Shown here piece after piece: positions 48,534 through 58,295 of a DNA stretch of 64,000 nt (positions are counted from its first letter, which is position 1; every line of letters begins with the position of its first letter). This DNA comes from Bdellovibrionales bacterium (GTDB lineage: Bacteria > Bdellovibrionota > Bdellovibrionia > Bdellovibrionales > JAGQZY01). The stretch is from the NCBI GenBank assembly GCA_964230645.1, contig CAXRHT010000003.1, positions 32,001 to 96,000 of the forward strand, read 5' to 3'. The position numbers and the translations under genes are program-made. The notes under the pieces were generated by a model. It was not told the origin of the DNA and searched no databases. It saw nothing but the letters and a program-made list of their open reading frames with translations.

Positions 48534-50844
48534 AGATCAAATTCTTCCCTTTTAAAAATTTTCGTAGATCATCGATCCAATTCATAGAAACTCGGTAACG
48601 ACCATCACTCGAAACTAAAAAACCCTCTTCAAGTCCACGGTAAATCGCTTGTTTAACAACCGATCTAGGTAAATTTGTCGCCCGCGCGGCTTCGCTGATA
48701 GTTAAGTTTTCGTGCTTAAATAAACTTGCGTAAACAAAGTGCATCTCTTGATGAAGACCGGTCAGCTCGGAAACAAGATTTTCTGAGGGTAAACTCACTT
48801 TGAGGTGCTTGTCTCTAATTTGTTTTAAACTTCTAAACCAATAATGAATGGCAGTACCAGGGTTCCCCCCCGATCTCTCCCAAAGAAGGTAGAAATAACG
48901 GCTTTCTGAAGAGGTTACTCCTTCTTGGACCTTCTGACTGGATCGGAAAATAGAATCATACTCAAGGGTATAACCAGTTTTTGCGTGCATCGTAAGAATA
49001 AATTCTTTTATTTTCTCAACTGACCAGCGAGGCAGATGACACTCTAAACGAAAGTACTGGTTTTTCCCTAGTACACTATTGAGGAAGAGCCACGAATAAT
49101 CATTAAATCCGACTATAAAAAAAACATTTCGTAACTCTTCTGTTTTTTCCAGAAACTTCCGGTAAATCTCGAACCCACCTATTGTCGAAAGAAAAAAGTT
49201 TTGTGCGTTATCCATGAAAACAACCACTTTTTCAGTCTCTTCAATCTCATCAAGGGGTGCCAGAAGAGACTCTAAGGCCTTTTCTGTGAAAGATTTGGCG
49301 GGAACCTTGAGATCTAAACAATTAATCCCCTCTTTGACCAATTTCTCCTGATAATAATTCAAATAGGTGGTGATCCCTACACCTTTTGCTCCATAAATGG
49401 CGACCGTCTGTTCTGTTGTCTCTTCGTCCATCCAGTCTTTGAGTTGATTTTTTATTTTGCTGTGGAAAGCCGCCTCAAACACATTGTCATTAAAGTAATA
49501 TTGGTTCACCTGCTTGAATACTGACCGATACTCCTCACCAACGCCCTCATTGTCACCCGCAGCTGCTCTAGTCGTTTCGAATTTGATCCTCAGAATTCGA
49601 GCATAGATAAGCTTCACCAGCTCAAACTGAGAGCTCCACTGAAGGAGTCGATCGAGACAATAGTGAACTAATATCAGGATTAAAAGCGGGAAACAGAATA
49701 TTATCGATAATTTGGTTTCTAAAAGTTTTGCGAGTTTCTGAAAAAAGCTCAATTGTGTCGACTTAAGATAAAGAATGATCTCATTCTTCCATTTCGAAGC
49801 CACTAAAAATAGCAGAACCAGAATGATAAAACCAAAGAAAGGCTCGATCATCTGAAAGATAATTGATTCTCCAAGAATCGATCGAAAAGCAACTTTCAAG
49901 GAATAGACTATTAATAAAAACAACCCAATAAACTGAGATGTTTTTTTAATTTTTTTATTTAACTCTCCTCGAGATTCAGTGGCAAAAGACTCTGCAAATT
50001 CTTGCAGAAGAATTTCCAAAGAAACCCGAAAAATCTTATAGTAAACATAGTAAAAGGCGTAAGGAAGAATAGCTGTGAATTCCGAAAACTCGGACGCCTG
50101 TAATAAAAACTCAACGATTATCAACGCAAAAAGTGTCGAAACCCATACCAAGTAAGAAGATAAGATAGATAAAAGTGGAATGAGCCTTCTATGGTATTGG
50201 GATCGAAAACTATAATAGAAAGATCTTTTCCTTTGACGATCAATAACACTATCGAGCTTTCTAGTTATTTTGAAAAATAGGAAAGGAATCGCCAATATTA
50301 TTAGGAATAGGACAAGCTCCCAAAAAAGAGCAAACATGCCTACTATTCCACGACTTAAAGAGTCTTTGAACCAATAGGATTTTTCGTAAAGATAGGCTTT
50401 AAGTTTATAGGGGATGAGTTTGATCTCTAAAAACATTCGTTCAAGTGTTTTTTCAGACCACTGAAAATGCCCCTTCTGCCTTAACTCTTGCAGAGTTTTA
50501 GCTCTCAGACGGCTCACTCGTTTTAACAATTGAAAATCTCGAGCTATGTGAAAACGCCAATCCTCTATCGACTGATCATCGAATTGCTGATTGGCTTCCG
50601 GATTTTTTATATTGTTGATCAGTTGCTCTGCAATTTGTTTCCAAAGCTGACTAATCTCTTCATAATGATTTTGGCTAATTTGTAATTCTAACTGTTCAAG
50701 ACGTTCAATTCTTTCTTTAAATTGTGTCCGCTTTGGGACATCATCTTGTGCCTGCACTGTCGGAGTGAGAAAACAAACAATAGAGAAAAGAAAAACTATC
50801 GCTATTTTACGTCGTAGATTTTTCGCCCCTTGTAACCGCTTCAT
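48520..50844 (-). CDS. multi-TM protein with degenerate P-loop/AAA-like C-terminal domain
   Basis: Signal-like N-terminus, several TM helices, GAKGVGIT (Walker A lacking Lys), VFMDNAQ, SGGNP. ATG 50844 avoids overlap with nuoN. Confidence 0.7.
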   Translation of the reverse strand: MKRLQGAKNLRRKIAIVFLFSIVCFLTPTVQAQDDVPKRTQFKERIERLEQLELQISQNHYEEISQLWKQIAEQLINNIKNPEANQQFDDQSIEDWRFHIARDFQLLKRVSRLRAKTLQELRQKGHFQWSEKTLERMFLEIKLIPYKLKAYLYEKSYWFKDSLSRGIVGMFALFWELVLFLIILAIPFLFFKITRKLDSVIDRQRKRSFYYSFRSQYHRRLIPLLSILSSYLVWVSTLFALIIVEFLLQASEFSEFTAILPYAFYYVYYKIFRVSLEILLQEFAESFATESRGELNKKIKKTSQFIGLFLLIVYSLKVAFRSILGESIIFQMIEPFFGFIILVLLFLVASKWKNEIILYLKSTQLSFFQKLAKLLETKLSIIFCFPLLILILVHYCLDRLLQWSSQFELVKLIYARILRIKFETTRAAAGDNEGVGEEYRSVFKQVNQYYFNDNVFEAAFHSKIKNQLKDWMDEETTEQTVAIYGAKGVGITTYLNYYQEKLVKEGINCLDLKVPAKSFTEKALESLLAPLDEIEETEKVVVFMDNAQNFFLSTIGGFEIYRKFLEKTEELRNVFFIVGFNDYSWLFLNSVLGKNQYFRLECHLPRWSVEKIKEFILTMHAKTGYTLEYDSIFRSSQKVQEGVTSSESRYFYLLWERSGGNPGTAIHYWFRSLKQIRDKHLKVSLPSENLVSELTGLHQEMHFVYASLFKHENLTISEAARATNLPRSVVKQAIYRGLEEGFLVSSDGRYRVSMNWIDDLRKFLKGKNLIYESQ

Positions 50845-50854
50845 GCCAGACCAA

Positions 50855-52348
50855 TTACAGCGAATTTGTGATGGAGGATTGCACAAACATAAAGATTTTG
50901 GAGGAAAAAATTCCCAACACGCAAACTCCAACGGCAGAAATAATCACAATCGATTGTGAAAAGAAAGTCTCATGACGGGCTTTGATCCCCTCCCCTTCCA
51001 TCATATACATAACAACTACTGGTCTCAGATAGTAATAGACGCTTATCACTGAGCTAATCACACCCACAAAAGTCAGCCAGTAAAAACCCTGCTCTATTGT
51101 CGCTGAGAATACATAAAACTTTCCAAAGAATCCTAGGCTAGGTGGGAGGCCCGCAAGACTAAAAAGAAGAACCGAGAGACTAAGTGCAAGCCCTGGATAT
51201 TTTTTACCCACTCCCTTCAAATCGGAAGTGAGTAAAACTGTATCCGCTGACTTTTCAAAAACTACAACCAAGGCGAGTGTTCCCACTGTCATGATGGAGT
51301 AGGATATTAGGTAAAACATTAAACTGGTAACACCAGCGTCGCTATCCGTTCCAAAAGAGGCCACTATGACAGCCATAAAAGCGTACCCGGAATGAGCAAT
51401 ACTGGAATAGGCCAGCATTCGTTTGAAGTTCTCCTGCATAATCGCTGCTACATTTCCTACAATCATAGTGAGAGCTGCCAACCACTGCATGAACCAAACA
51501 AACTTATCTGTGTTGAGATCATAAAAATCGGAATAGAGGAAGAAGCGCAGAAAGGCGATGAACGAGGCCACTTTAACAGCTGTCGACATGATACTTGTGA
51601 CAGGCGTTGCCGAGCCTTGATAAACATCCGGTGTCCATGAGTGAAATGGGACGAGAGAAACTTTAAAGGCAAAACCTATGCAAGTCAGAATCACCCCAAA
51701 ACGAAAAAGAGTATTCGACTCATAAAGCCTCGAAGCCAACTCGCCCACATCGTGAAGATTAGTGCTTCCCGCCCCTCCGTATATAAAGGCTATACCGTAG
51801 AGAAGAATGGCTGAACCTAAACCTCCGAGCACGAAATACTTAAACGCGGCCTCTTTGGCTAAAAGCTTCTCTTTATTCAGGGCGATGATTAAGTATAGAG
51901 AAAGAGACATCAACTCAATAGAGAAAAAGGTCACGATCAAATTATTCGACATCACCACAAGCGCCATTCCAATGGTGGAATTTAATATTAGAAAGAGATG
52001 TTCTGAAAACTGATGATCTCGAGTCGCTTTAGAATCATACAAAAGAAAAAGGCAAAACCCTACAACAACAAAGATAATGTAAGAGCCCCAAACGGTGATG
52101 CCATCTATAATAATGGCATCTGAAAAGGCCTCTACAAAATTGAGCTCAGAAATTTTCCAAAAGCCTTTTACAGCAGAGAGTGTTAAACCTGCGGCCCCGA
52201 CAAGACCTATTGTGGCATATATCAGTGCTGTAAATGGGTTCATTTCCCGGCCATCTCGAAAAGCCTTTGCTGTAATCGGTATGATACTCGCTATAAAAAG
52301 CCATACCAAAGGAAGAACAACTATCAATTCCGATGCATTAAAGTTCAC
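50855..52348 (-). CDS. nuoN: NADH-quinone oxidoreductase subunit N
   Basis: EAAFKYF, FKVSLVPFHSWTPDVYQG, KRMLAYSSIAH; GTG 52348 follows GGAG. Confidence 0.95.
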   Translation of the reverse strand: MNFNASELIVVLPLVWLFIASIIPITAKAFRDGREMNPFTALIYATIGLVGAAGLTLSAVKGFWKISELNFVEAFSDAIIIDGITVWGSYIIFVVVGFCLFLLYDSKATRDHQFSEHLFLILNSTIGMALVVMSNNLIVTFFSIELMSLSLYLIIALNKEKLLAKEAAFKYFVLGGLGSAILLYGIAFIYGGAGSTNLHDVGELASRLYESNTLFRFGVILTCIGFAFKVSLVPFHSWTPDVYQGSATPVTSIMSTAVKVASFIAFLRFFLYSDFYDLNTDKFVWFMQWLAALTMIVGNVAAIMQENFKRMLAYSSIAHSGYAFMAVIVASFGTDSDAGVTSLMFYLISYSIMTVGTLALVVVFEKSADTVLLTSDLKGVGKKYPGLALSLSVLLFSLAGLPPSLGFFGKFYVFSATIEQGFYWLTFVGVISSVISVYYYLRPVVVMYMMEGEGIKARHETFFSQSIVIISAVGVCVLGIFSSKIFMFVQSSITNSL

Positions 52349-53888
52349 GGCGATCTCCAATCTGAGGAAAATCTTTTTGTTTTTGACTTATCTCAAGGCG
52401 ATATTCTTTTTTATTTTCACTTAAATTTTTAATACTAGCTTTGGAATAATCCAAGAACGTGGAGGGAAACAAGCCCATCCAAAATATCATAACGATGAGA
52501 GGAGCCACCGTTAATATCTCTCTTAAATTCAAATCCTTCATATCTTTGTGAGCTCTAACAGTCTCCCCTTCCTCTCCAAAGAAGACTTTTTTGACCATCC
52601 AAAGCATATAAGCCGCTCCGAGGATCACACCAAGAACAGCTAAGCTCCCAAAAATAGGACTATAGTTCCAAGTTCCTAACAAGATGAGAAACTCACCAAT
52701 AAAGCCATTTGTCATCGGTACAGCGATACTCGAGAAGGTTACGATAAGAAAGCAGATGGCATATATTGGTAAGGCCTTTGCTAGTCCTCCGTATTCAGCG
52801 ATTTTACGAGAGTGAGTTCTTTCGTAAATCACACCCACAAGAAGGAACAGGGCCCCTGTACTAACACCGTGGGCTAGCATTTGGAAAAGAGAGCCTTCTA
52901 AACCATACACGTTCATAGCAAAAAGACCCAAAATCACATAACCCATATGAGAGACCGATGAATAGGCCACCAGCTTTTTCATATCCACTTGAACCATGGC
53001 CACTAGGGCACCATAAATAATTCCAATAATTCCTAGAATCATAAAAGCGGGTGTCCATGCATCAACCGCTTGCGGAAACATTGGTAAGACAAATCGAAGA
53101 AAACCGTAGGTTCCCATTTTTAACATGACCCCTGCTAAAATCATCGATCCACCAGTCGGGGCTTGCACGTGGGCATCGGGTAACCATGTATGAAATGGAA
53201 ACATAGGAACTTTGATAGCAAATGCGAGGCAAAAAACAAAAAACAGGGCCGCCTGGGGACTGATCATCCCCCCTTGAATATAGGGAAGACGTAAGCGGTA
53301 GAAGTCTAGAACGCTGGCGCTGAGCTCACCTAACTGCAAATCACATTGAAAAACCAAATAAATGATTCCAGCGAGCATCAATAAGGACCCAAACATTGTG
53401 TAAATAAAGAACTTCATTGTTGCGTAAATTCTGTTCTCCCCTCCCCAAATTCCAACAATAAAGTACATGGGGATTAAAGAGAGTTCGAAAAAGATATAAA
53501 ATAGAATAGTATCGAAGGCTAAAAACGATCCGATCATCGCCGCTTCTAAAACGAGCATAGATATATGGAAAGCTTTCACCTGTTTATTGATTGTAGACCA
53601 ACTGCCGGCAACAACAATTGGAGTTAAGAATGTTGTTAAAAGAACCAGCCAAAACGAAATTCCATCAATGGCCAAAAAATAACTAACACCGAGCTCTGGC
53701 ATCCAGGGAATCTTTTCCACCAATTGCAGTTGGCTGGTGGAGGGATCAAAGTGCTTAAACAATAATAAAGAAAAAAGAAAATGTATTCCTGTAGAAACCA
53801 AGGTGATAGGCTTTGCATAGTTCTTTGGAGCCAGGGCTACAAGTAAGACGAAAAATAGTGGTAAAAATACGAGTGCGCTTAATAACAT
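52338..53888 (-). CDS. nuoM: NADH-quinone oxidoreductase subunit M
   Basis: IKVPMFPFHTWLPDAHVQAP, LKMGTYG, DMKKLVAYSSVSH. Confidence 0.96.
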   Translation of the reverse strand: MLLSALVFLPLFFVLLVALAPKNYAKPITLVSTGIHFLFSLLLFKHFDPSTSQLQLVEKIPWMPELGVSYFLAIDGISFWLVLLTTFLTPIVVAGSWSTINKQVKAFHISMLVLEAAMIGSFLAFDTILFYIFFELSLIPMYFIVGIWGGENRIYATMKFFIYTMFGSLLMLAGIIYLVFQCDLQLGELSASVLDFYRLRLPYIQGGMISPQAALFFVFCLAFAIKVPMFPFHTWLPDAHVQAPTGGSMILAGVMLKMGTYGFLRFVLPMFPQAVDAWTPAFMILGIIGIIYGALVAMVQVDMKKLVAYSSVSHMGYVILGLFAMNVYGLEGSLFQMLAHGVSTGALFLLVGVIYERTHSRKIAEYGGLAKALPIYAICFLIVTFSSIAVPMTNGFIGEFLILLGTWNYSPIFGSLAVLGVILGAAYMLWMVKKVFFGEEGETVRAHKDMKDLNLREILTVAPLIVMIFWMGLFPSTFLDYSKASIKNLSENKKEYRLEISQKQKDFPQIGDRREL

Positions 53889-53892
53889 TGTC

Positions 53893-55815
53893 TCACCTTC
53901 CCATTAAAAACCAGAGACTAAAAAATAGACCAATTAAGATATAGAGAGCGTACATTTGTAGATTCCCTGATTGAACCATCTTTAGGCCACCGCCAGCATT
54001 TTTAACCATATCTGATATTGTATAAGTGAACTGATCGATGACTTTTACATCCACTTTGGACCACAGAAAACGACTGCCACGAATAAGAGGATTGATTAAA
54101 GTTTTAAAGTAAGCCTCATCCACCCAATATTTATTTAACAACAATTGATGGAGGGGTTTCATTGTTTTTGCGTTCTTCTCGGCCGTCTCAGGCTTTACAA
54201 CATAGAGATAATAGGCGGCAAGAGAACTAAGGCCAACAAGAGCAAGCGTGATTCCCATCAATGAAAACTCGATTAAAAGGTCATTTGACCCATGGGGCAT
54301 TTTGAACTCAGCCATCAAGGGATGGATCCAGTCCTCTAGGAAATTATGAGGATGCCCTGGAATAATAGTGCTCAGACCGTGAGGGATACACAACCAACCC
54401 GCGAAAACAGACAAGAACGCTAGGACGACCAACGGAATTGTCATTGACGTGGGTGATTCATGAGGATGAACATCGTCAGGAACTCGTGATTTCCCCCAAA
54501 AAGTCATAGCCATCAAGCGAGTCATATAAAAAGCTGTCATTAAAGCGGCTATGAAGCCAACAAACCACAGTAAGAAGTGACCTCTGGGTGAGTGAAAGGC
54601 CATCCACAAAATTTCATCTTTAGAAAAGAACCCTGAAAAAAGAGGGGCTCCGATGATGGCCAACCAACCCATCACGAATGTCCAATGAGTGATCGGCATT
54701 TGTTTTTTTAACCCACCCATTTTCCTCATGTCCTGTTCTTCATGCATGGCATGGATCACAGAACCCGAACCCAAGAACATGAGCGCCTTGAAAAAAGCAT
54801 GAGTCATTAGGTGCGCCAATCCCGCACCAAAGGCTCCAACACCCACAGCAAGAAACATATAGCCTAGCTGAGAGACTGTCGAATAAGCTAAAACTTTTTT
54901 GATATCATTTTGAACAATTCCAATGCTTGCGGCCATCAAAGCTGTCAAAGCACCTACAATTGCCACGACCATCATGGCGTTAGGTGCACTCAAGAAAAGA
55001 GGATTAAGCCGGATGATCATATAAACACCGGCCGTTACCATTGTGGCGGCGTGAATAAGTGCCGAAACAGGTGTAGGACCTGCCATAGCATCGGGTAGCC
55101 ATACATAAAGAGGGATTTGTGCCGATTTACCCATGGCACCTATAAATAAAAACAGACAAGCTAACGTGACGGGTGAAGTCCAAAGTTGGGAAGGCGTTGC
55201 GGGAACAAGATTAGCGATCTCAGTAAATGAAACGGTCCCGAAAAGTCCAAACAGGGTGAAAATACCTAAAAGGAAACCGGCATCACCAATTCTATTTGTA
55301 ATGAAGGCTTTCATACCAGCAGCGGCTTTTTCAGGGTCAGTAAACCAAAATCCAATGAGAAGATAAGAACACAGTCCCACTCCTTCCCATCCAACAAACA
55401 TGACCAGCAGATTGCTGCCCAGAACAAGTAGAAGCATATTGAAAACAAACAGATTAAGATAACTAAAATATTTTGCGGGCCTCTCATCATGATCCATATA
55501 TCCAACACTAAACAAATGGATAAGAAAACCGACCCCAGTGATAATCAGAGTCATCACCATAGAAAGAGGATCTATAGTAAAGGCCATGGGAGCTGAAAAC
55601 TCTCCTACTTGGATCCAATGAAACAGCAAAACTTCGATGGATCTTTCATCAACTGGTAAATTTATGAGTTTGAAAAAGTAAAAAAGGGCCGATAAAAATG
55701 AAATAGCCATGGCTGAGCAGGCAATCCCACCAGCGACTTTTATATTCTTACTTCTAAATCGAAAACCATTTATGAGAAATCCAAGAAGGGGTGGAAATAA
55801 AAGAGCGTAAAACAT
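53893..55815 (-). CDS. nuoL: NADH-quinone oxidoreductase subunit L
   Basis: GKSAQIPLYVWLPDAMAGPTPVSALIHAATMV, THAFFKAL. Confidence 0.97.
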   Translation of the reverse strand: MFYALLFPPLLGFLINGFRFRSKNIKVAGGIACSAMAISFLSALFYFFKLINLPVDERSIEVLLFHWIQVGEFSAPMAFTIDPLSMVMTLIITGVGFLIHLFSVGYMDHDERPAKYFSYLNLFVFNMLLLVLGSNLLVMFVGWEGVGLCSYLLIGFWFTDPEKAAAGMKAFITNRIGDAGFLLGIFTLFGLFGTVSFTEIANLVPATPSQLWTSPVTLACLFLFIGAMGKSAQIPLYVWLPDAMAGPTPVSALIHAATMVTAGVYMIIRLNPLFLSAPNAMMVVAIVGALTALMAASIGIVQNDIKKVLAYSTVSQLGYMFLAVGVGAFGAGLAHLMTHAFFKALMFLGSGSVIHAMHEEQDMRKMGGLKKQMPITHWTFVMGWLAIIGAPLFSGFFSKDEILWMAFHSPRGHFLLWFVGFIAALMTAFYMTRLMAMTFWGKSRVPDDVHPHESPTSMTIPLVVLAFLSVFAGWLCIPHGLSTIIPGHPHNFLEDWIHPLMAEFKMPHGSNDLLIEFSLMGITLALVGLSSLAAYYLYVVKPETAEKNAKTMKPLHQLLLNKYWVDEAYFKTLINPLIRGSRFLWSKVDVKVIDQFTYTISDMVKNAGGGLKMVQSGNLQMYALYILIGLFFSLWFLMGR

Positions 55816-55823
55816 AATGGGCC

Positions 55824-56144
55824 CTATCCTTTAAGATGCTCGAAGAAACGTATATTCAGTTCGTGGAAATTTTTAAAAAGTGTTACCACAAGTGCCAACC
55901 CAACAGCGGCTTCAGCAGCTGCCACCGCGATGACAAATAAGGTAATCACAGCTCCATTGGCGTCATTTAAATAGTAGCCGAAAGTTACAAAGGTGAGATT
56001 GACGGCATTCAACATCAATTCAATCGACATTAAAATAACGATAATATTTTTTCTAAGTAAAACCCCTAAGAGGCCAATAGTAAAAAGTATGCCCGAAACA
56101 AGAAGATAATGCCCAAGTCCTGGCATAAGCAAATTATTCAGCAT
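55824..56144 (-). CDS. nuoK: NADH-quinone oxidoreductase subunit K
   Basis: MSIELMLNAVNL, VAAAEAAVGLA; ATG 56144 follows GGAGG. Confidence 0.95.
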   Translation of the reverse strand: MLNNLLMPGLGHYLLVSGILFTIGLLGVLLRKNIIVILMSIELMLNAVNLTFVTFGYYLNDANGAVITLFVIAVAAAEAAVGLALVVTLFKNFHELNIRFFEHLKG

Positions 56145-56658
56145 GAGTACCTCCACGTATTCTTGATAAGGCCACCGTACCAATAGGGATGACTAATAAT
56201 AAAAGCCCTAGAACCTCGAATAAAAAAACATAGTCCGTAAAAATAATCTTAGATAGATTTCTTACTTCAAATTGTGGAGCACTCTTATCAGGCACTAGGT
56301 ACCCGAAGCGATCTATTTGAAAAAAGATCTGGAAAACAACAAAACCAAAAAAACCTCCCGCAAACAAAACCTTAAGTCCTGAGGAGAAAGTCCCATAGGA
56401 AAACACCTGCTTTCCTTCTGTTTTCATGTCAAAAATCATGACCACGAACAAGAATAGAATAACGACAGCGCCCGCATAAACCAAAATTTGCACCATCGCT
56501 ACAAAGGGAGCACTTAGATTAAAGAAGAGACCTGAAACTCCAACCATGACAGAAACAAGCCATAACACACTTTTTACTGGGTTCGAGCTCGAGAAAACCA
56601 TTAAGGCAGAGACGATACTGATTCCTGAGAAAATATAAAAAGTTAACGCTTGGGTCAC
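56134..56658 (-). CDS. nuoJ: NADH-quinone oxidoreductase subunit J
   Basis: QILVYAGAVVILFLFVVM, LFEV. Confidence 0.93.
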   Translation of the reverse strand: MTQALTFYIFSGISIVSALMVFSSSNPVKSVLWLVSVMVGVSGLFFNLSAPFVAMVQILVYAGAVVILFLFVVMIFDMKTEGKQVFSYGTFSSGLKVLFAGGFFGFVVFQIFFQIDRFGYLVPDKSAPQFEVRNLSKIIFTDYVFLFEVLGLLLLVIPIGTVALSRIRGGTHAE

Positions 56659-57776
56659 GCGGCACCTCCAAATGAATTAAAAGCTACGACCACGACGGCT
56701 GTGAGGATCGTGTTAAATAACGCCCAGGGAAGCATTGTTTTCCAACCTAGATCCATCAATTGATCGTAGCGAAAACGAGGCAAGGTCCATCGGACCCAAA
56801 TAAATATCCATAGAAATAACAAAACTTTTCCCATAAACACTAAATGCATAATCATTGAGTACATAAAAGAAGAGGAAACGGAATCCTTAATCCAAGCGGA
56901 CCCAAAAGGTAGGTCCCAACCGCCAAAATAAAATGTGGCAAGGAGACCGGAGGCCACCATCATATGCCCGTACTCTCCGATGTAGAACATCAACATTTTA
57001 AGTCCACCATATTCGGTATGATACCCGGCTACCAATTCTGCCTCCGCCTCCGGCAAATCAAAGGGGGCTCTATTAGTTTCAGCAAAAGTAGCCACAAAAA
57101 ACAGAATAAATCCTAAAGGCTGATAAAAAATCCCCCAGTTAGGTAGAAAATCGACGACGATCTGTTTACCAAAAAGGACAAATCTCAGCGGACCTTGTTG
57201 GGCTTCAACCATTTCTGCAAAAGAAAAGGTTCCATAAATCATAAGGATTCCCACTAAAGAAAGTCCTAATGCCAATTCATAGCTAATCATTTGTGCACTG
57301 GCGCGAAGAGCCCCCATCAAGGAATACTTATTTCCAGAACCCCATCCGGCAAAAAGAAGGGCGTAAGCCCCTAGAGAGGAAACGGCTAAAACAAAAACAA
57401 TGCCGGCACCAAATTGAAAACTTTGAAAAACGAAATCAAATTCCTCTCCTCCAAACTCCAGGGAAAACGGGGCTGAGAGTGGTATTGAACCAAAGGCTAA
57501 AGCTCCCGGTATTAGCGCTACAACAGGAGCGGCATAATACATAAAGGCAACACTTTTAGGGGGTCTAAACTCCTCTTTAAATAGAAATTTAACAGCATCG
57601 GCGAGCAACTGAGTTAGGCCTAGTGGACCCACACGATTGGGGCCAAAACGGTTTTGGATAAAGGCCGAGCCACGTCTTTCCACCCAAACAAGAATTGGAA
57701 CCAGTTGGACCATTAACAAAAAGATAACGATCATCTTTATGAGATTGACTGTAATTTCAAAGGCTGATGCTCCCAT
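56655..57776 (-). CDS. nuoH: NADH-quinone oxidoreductase subunit H
   Basis: QNRFGPNRVGP, AQMISYE, AETNRAPFDLPEAE, PRFRYDQLM; ATG overlaps the nuoA stop codon. Confidence 0.97.
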   Translation of the reverse strand: MGASAFEITVNLIKMIVIFLLMVQLVPILVWVERRGSAFIQNRFGPNRVGPLGLTQLLADAVKFLFKEEFRPPKSVAFMYYAAPVVALIPGALAFGSIPLSAPFSLEFGGEEFDFVFQSFQFGAGIVFVLAVSSLGAYALLFAGWGSGNKYSLMGALRASAQMISYELALGLSLVGILMIYGTFSFAEMVEAQQGPLRFVLFGKQIVVDFLPNWGIFYQPLGFILFFVATFAETNRAPFDLPEAEAELVAGYHTEYGGLKMLMFYIGEYGHMMVASGLLATFYFGGWDLPFGSAWIKDSVSSSFMYSMIMHLVFMGKVLLFLWIFIWVRWTLPRFRYDQLMDLGWKTMLPWALFNTILTAVVVVAFNSFGGAA

Positions 57777-58147
57777 TAGTCCCACTCCAACGCTTTTGAT
57801 TTAATTTCCCAAACAAGACCGAATAGAAAAAGAGCGATAAAAACAAACATCACCCAAAAAATGTAAGCACCATGGCCAGCGGCGATAAATTCTTTATAGG
57901 TTAGCGCCCACGGATACATAAAAAGAATTTCGACATCGAAAACAATAAACAATATGGCTGTTAAATAGTAGCGAACAGAAACATTGGTTTTATCAGCTTC
58001 AGTTCCCGGGAGGCCACATTCATAGGGCATATATTTTGTTTTCGTATAATGTTGTTTCGGTCCTAAGATCGACGAAACATAGACTAAGAGACTACCAAAA
58101 GTCGCCACTATTAAAGTGAGGACCAATACCGGAGCAATCGTTTCCAT
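57776..58147 (-). CDS. nuoA: NADH-quinone oxidoreductase subunit A
   Basis: PYECG, LFIVFDVE, ALEWD. Confidence 0.95.
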   Translation of the reverse strand: METIAPVLVLTLIVATFGSLLVYVSSILGPKQHYTKTKYMPYECGLPGTEADKTNVSVRYYLTAILFIVFDVEILFMYPWALTYKEFIAAGHGAYIFWVMFVFIALFLFGLVWEIKSKALEWD

Positions 58148-58295
58148 AACCACATCCTAGTTCGCATAAACCATTGAAATATCTATACACTGAGATAGCT
58201 TTTGTCTCCAGCATCCTAAAGGTGCTGCATAGCATCTTTTCTAGTATTTTCAGGGGCTTCTTTGACAAACGAAGGGGGGCCGCAAATAAAAACCC

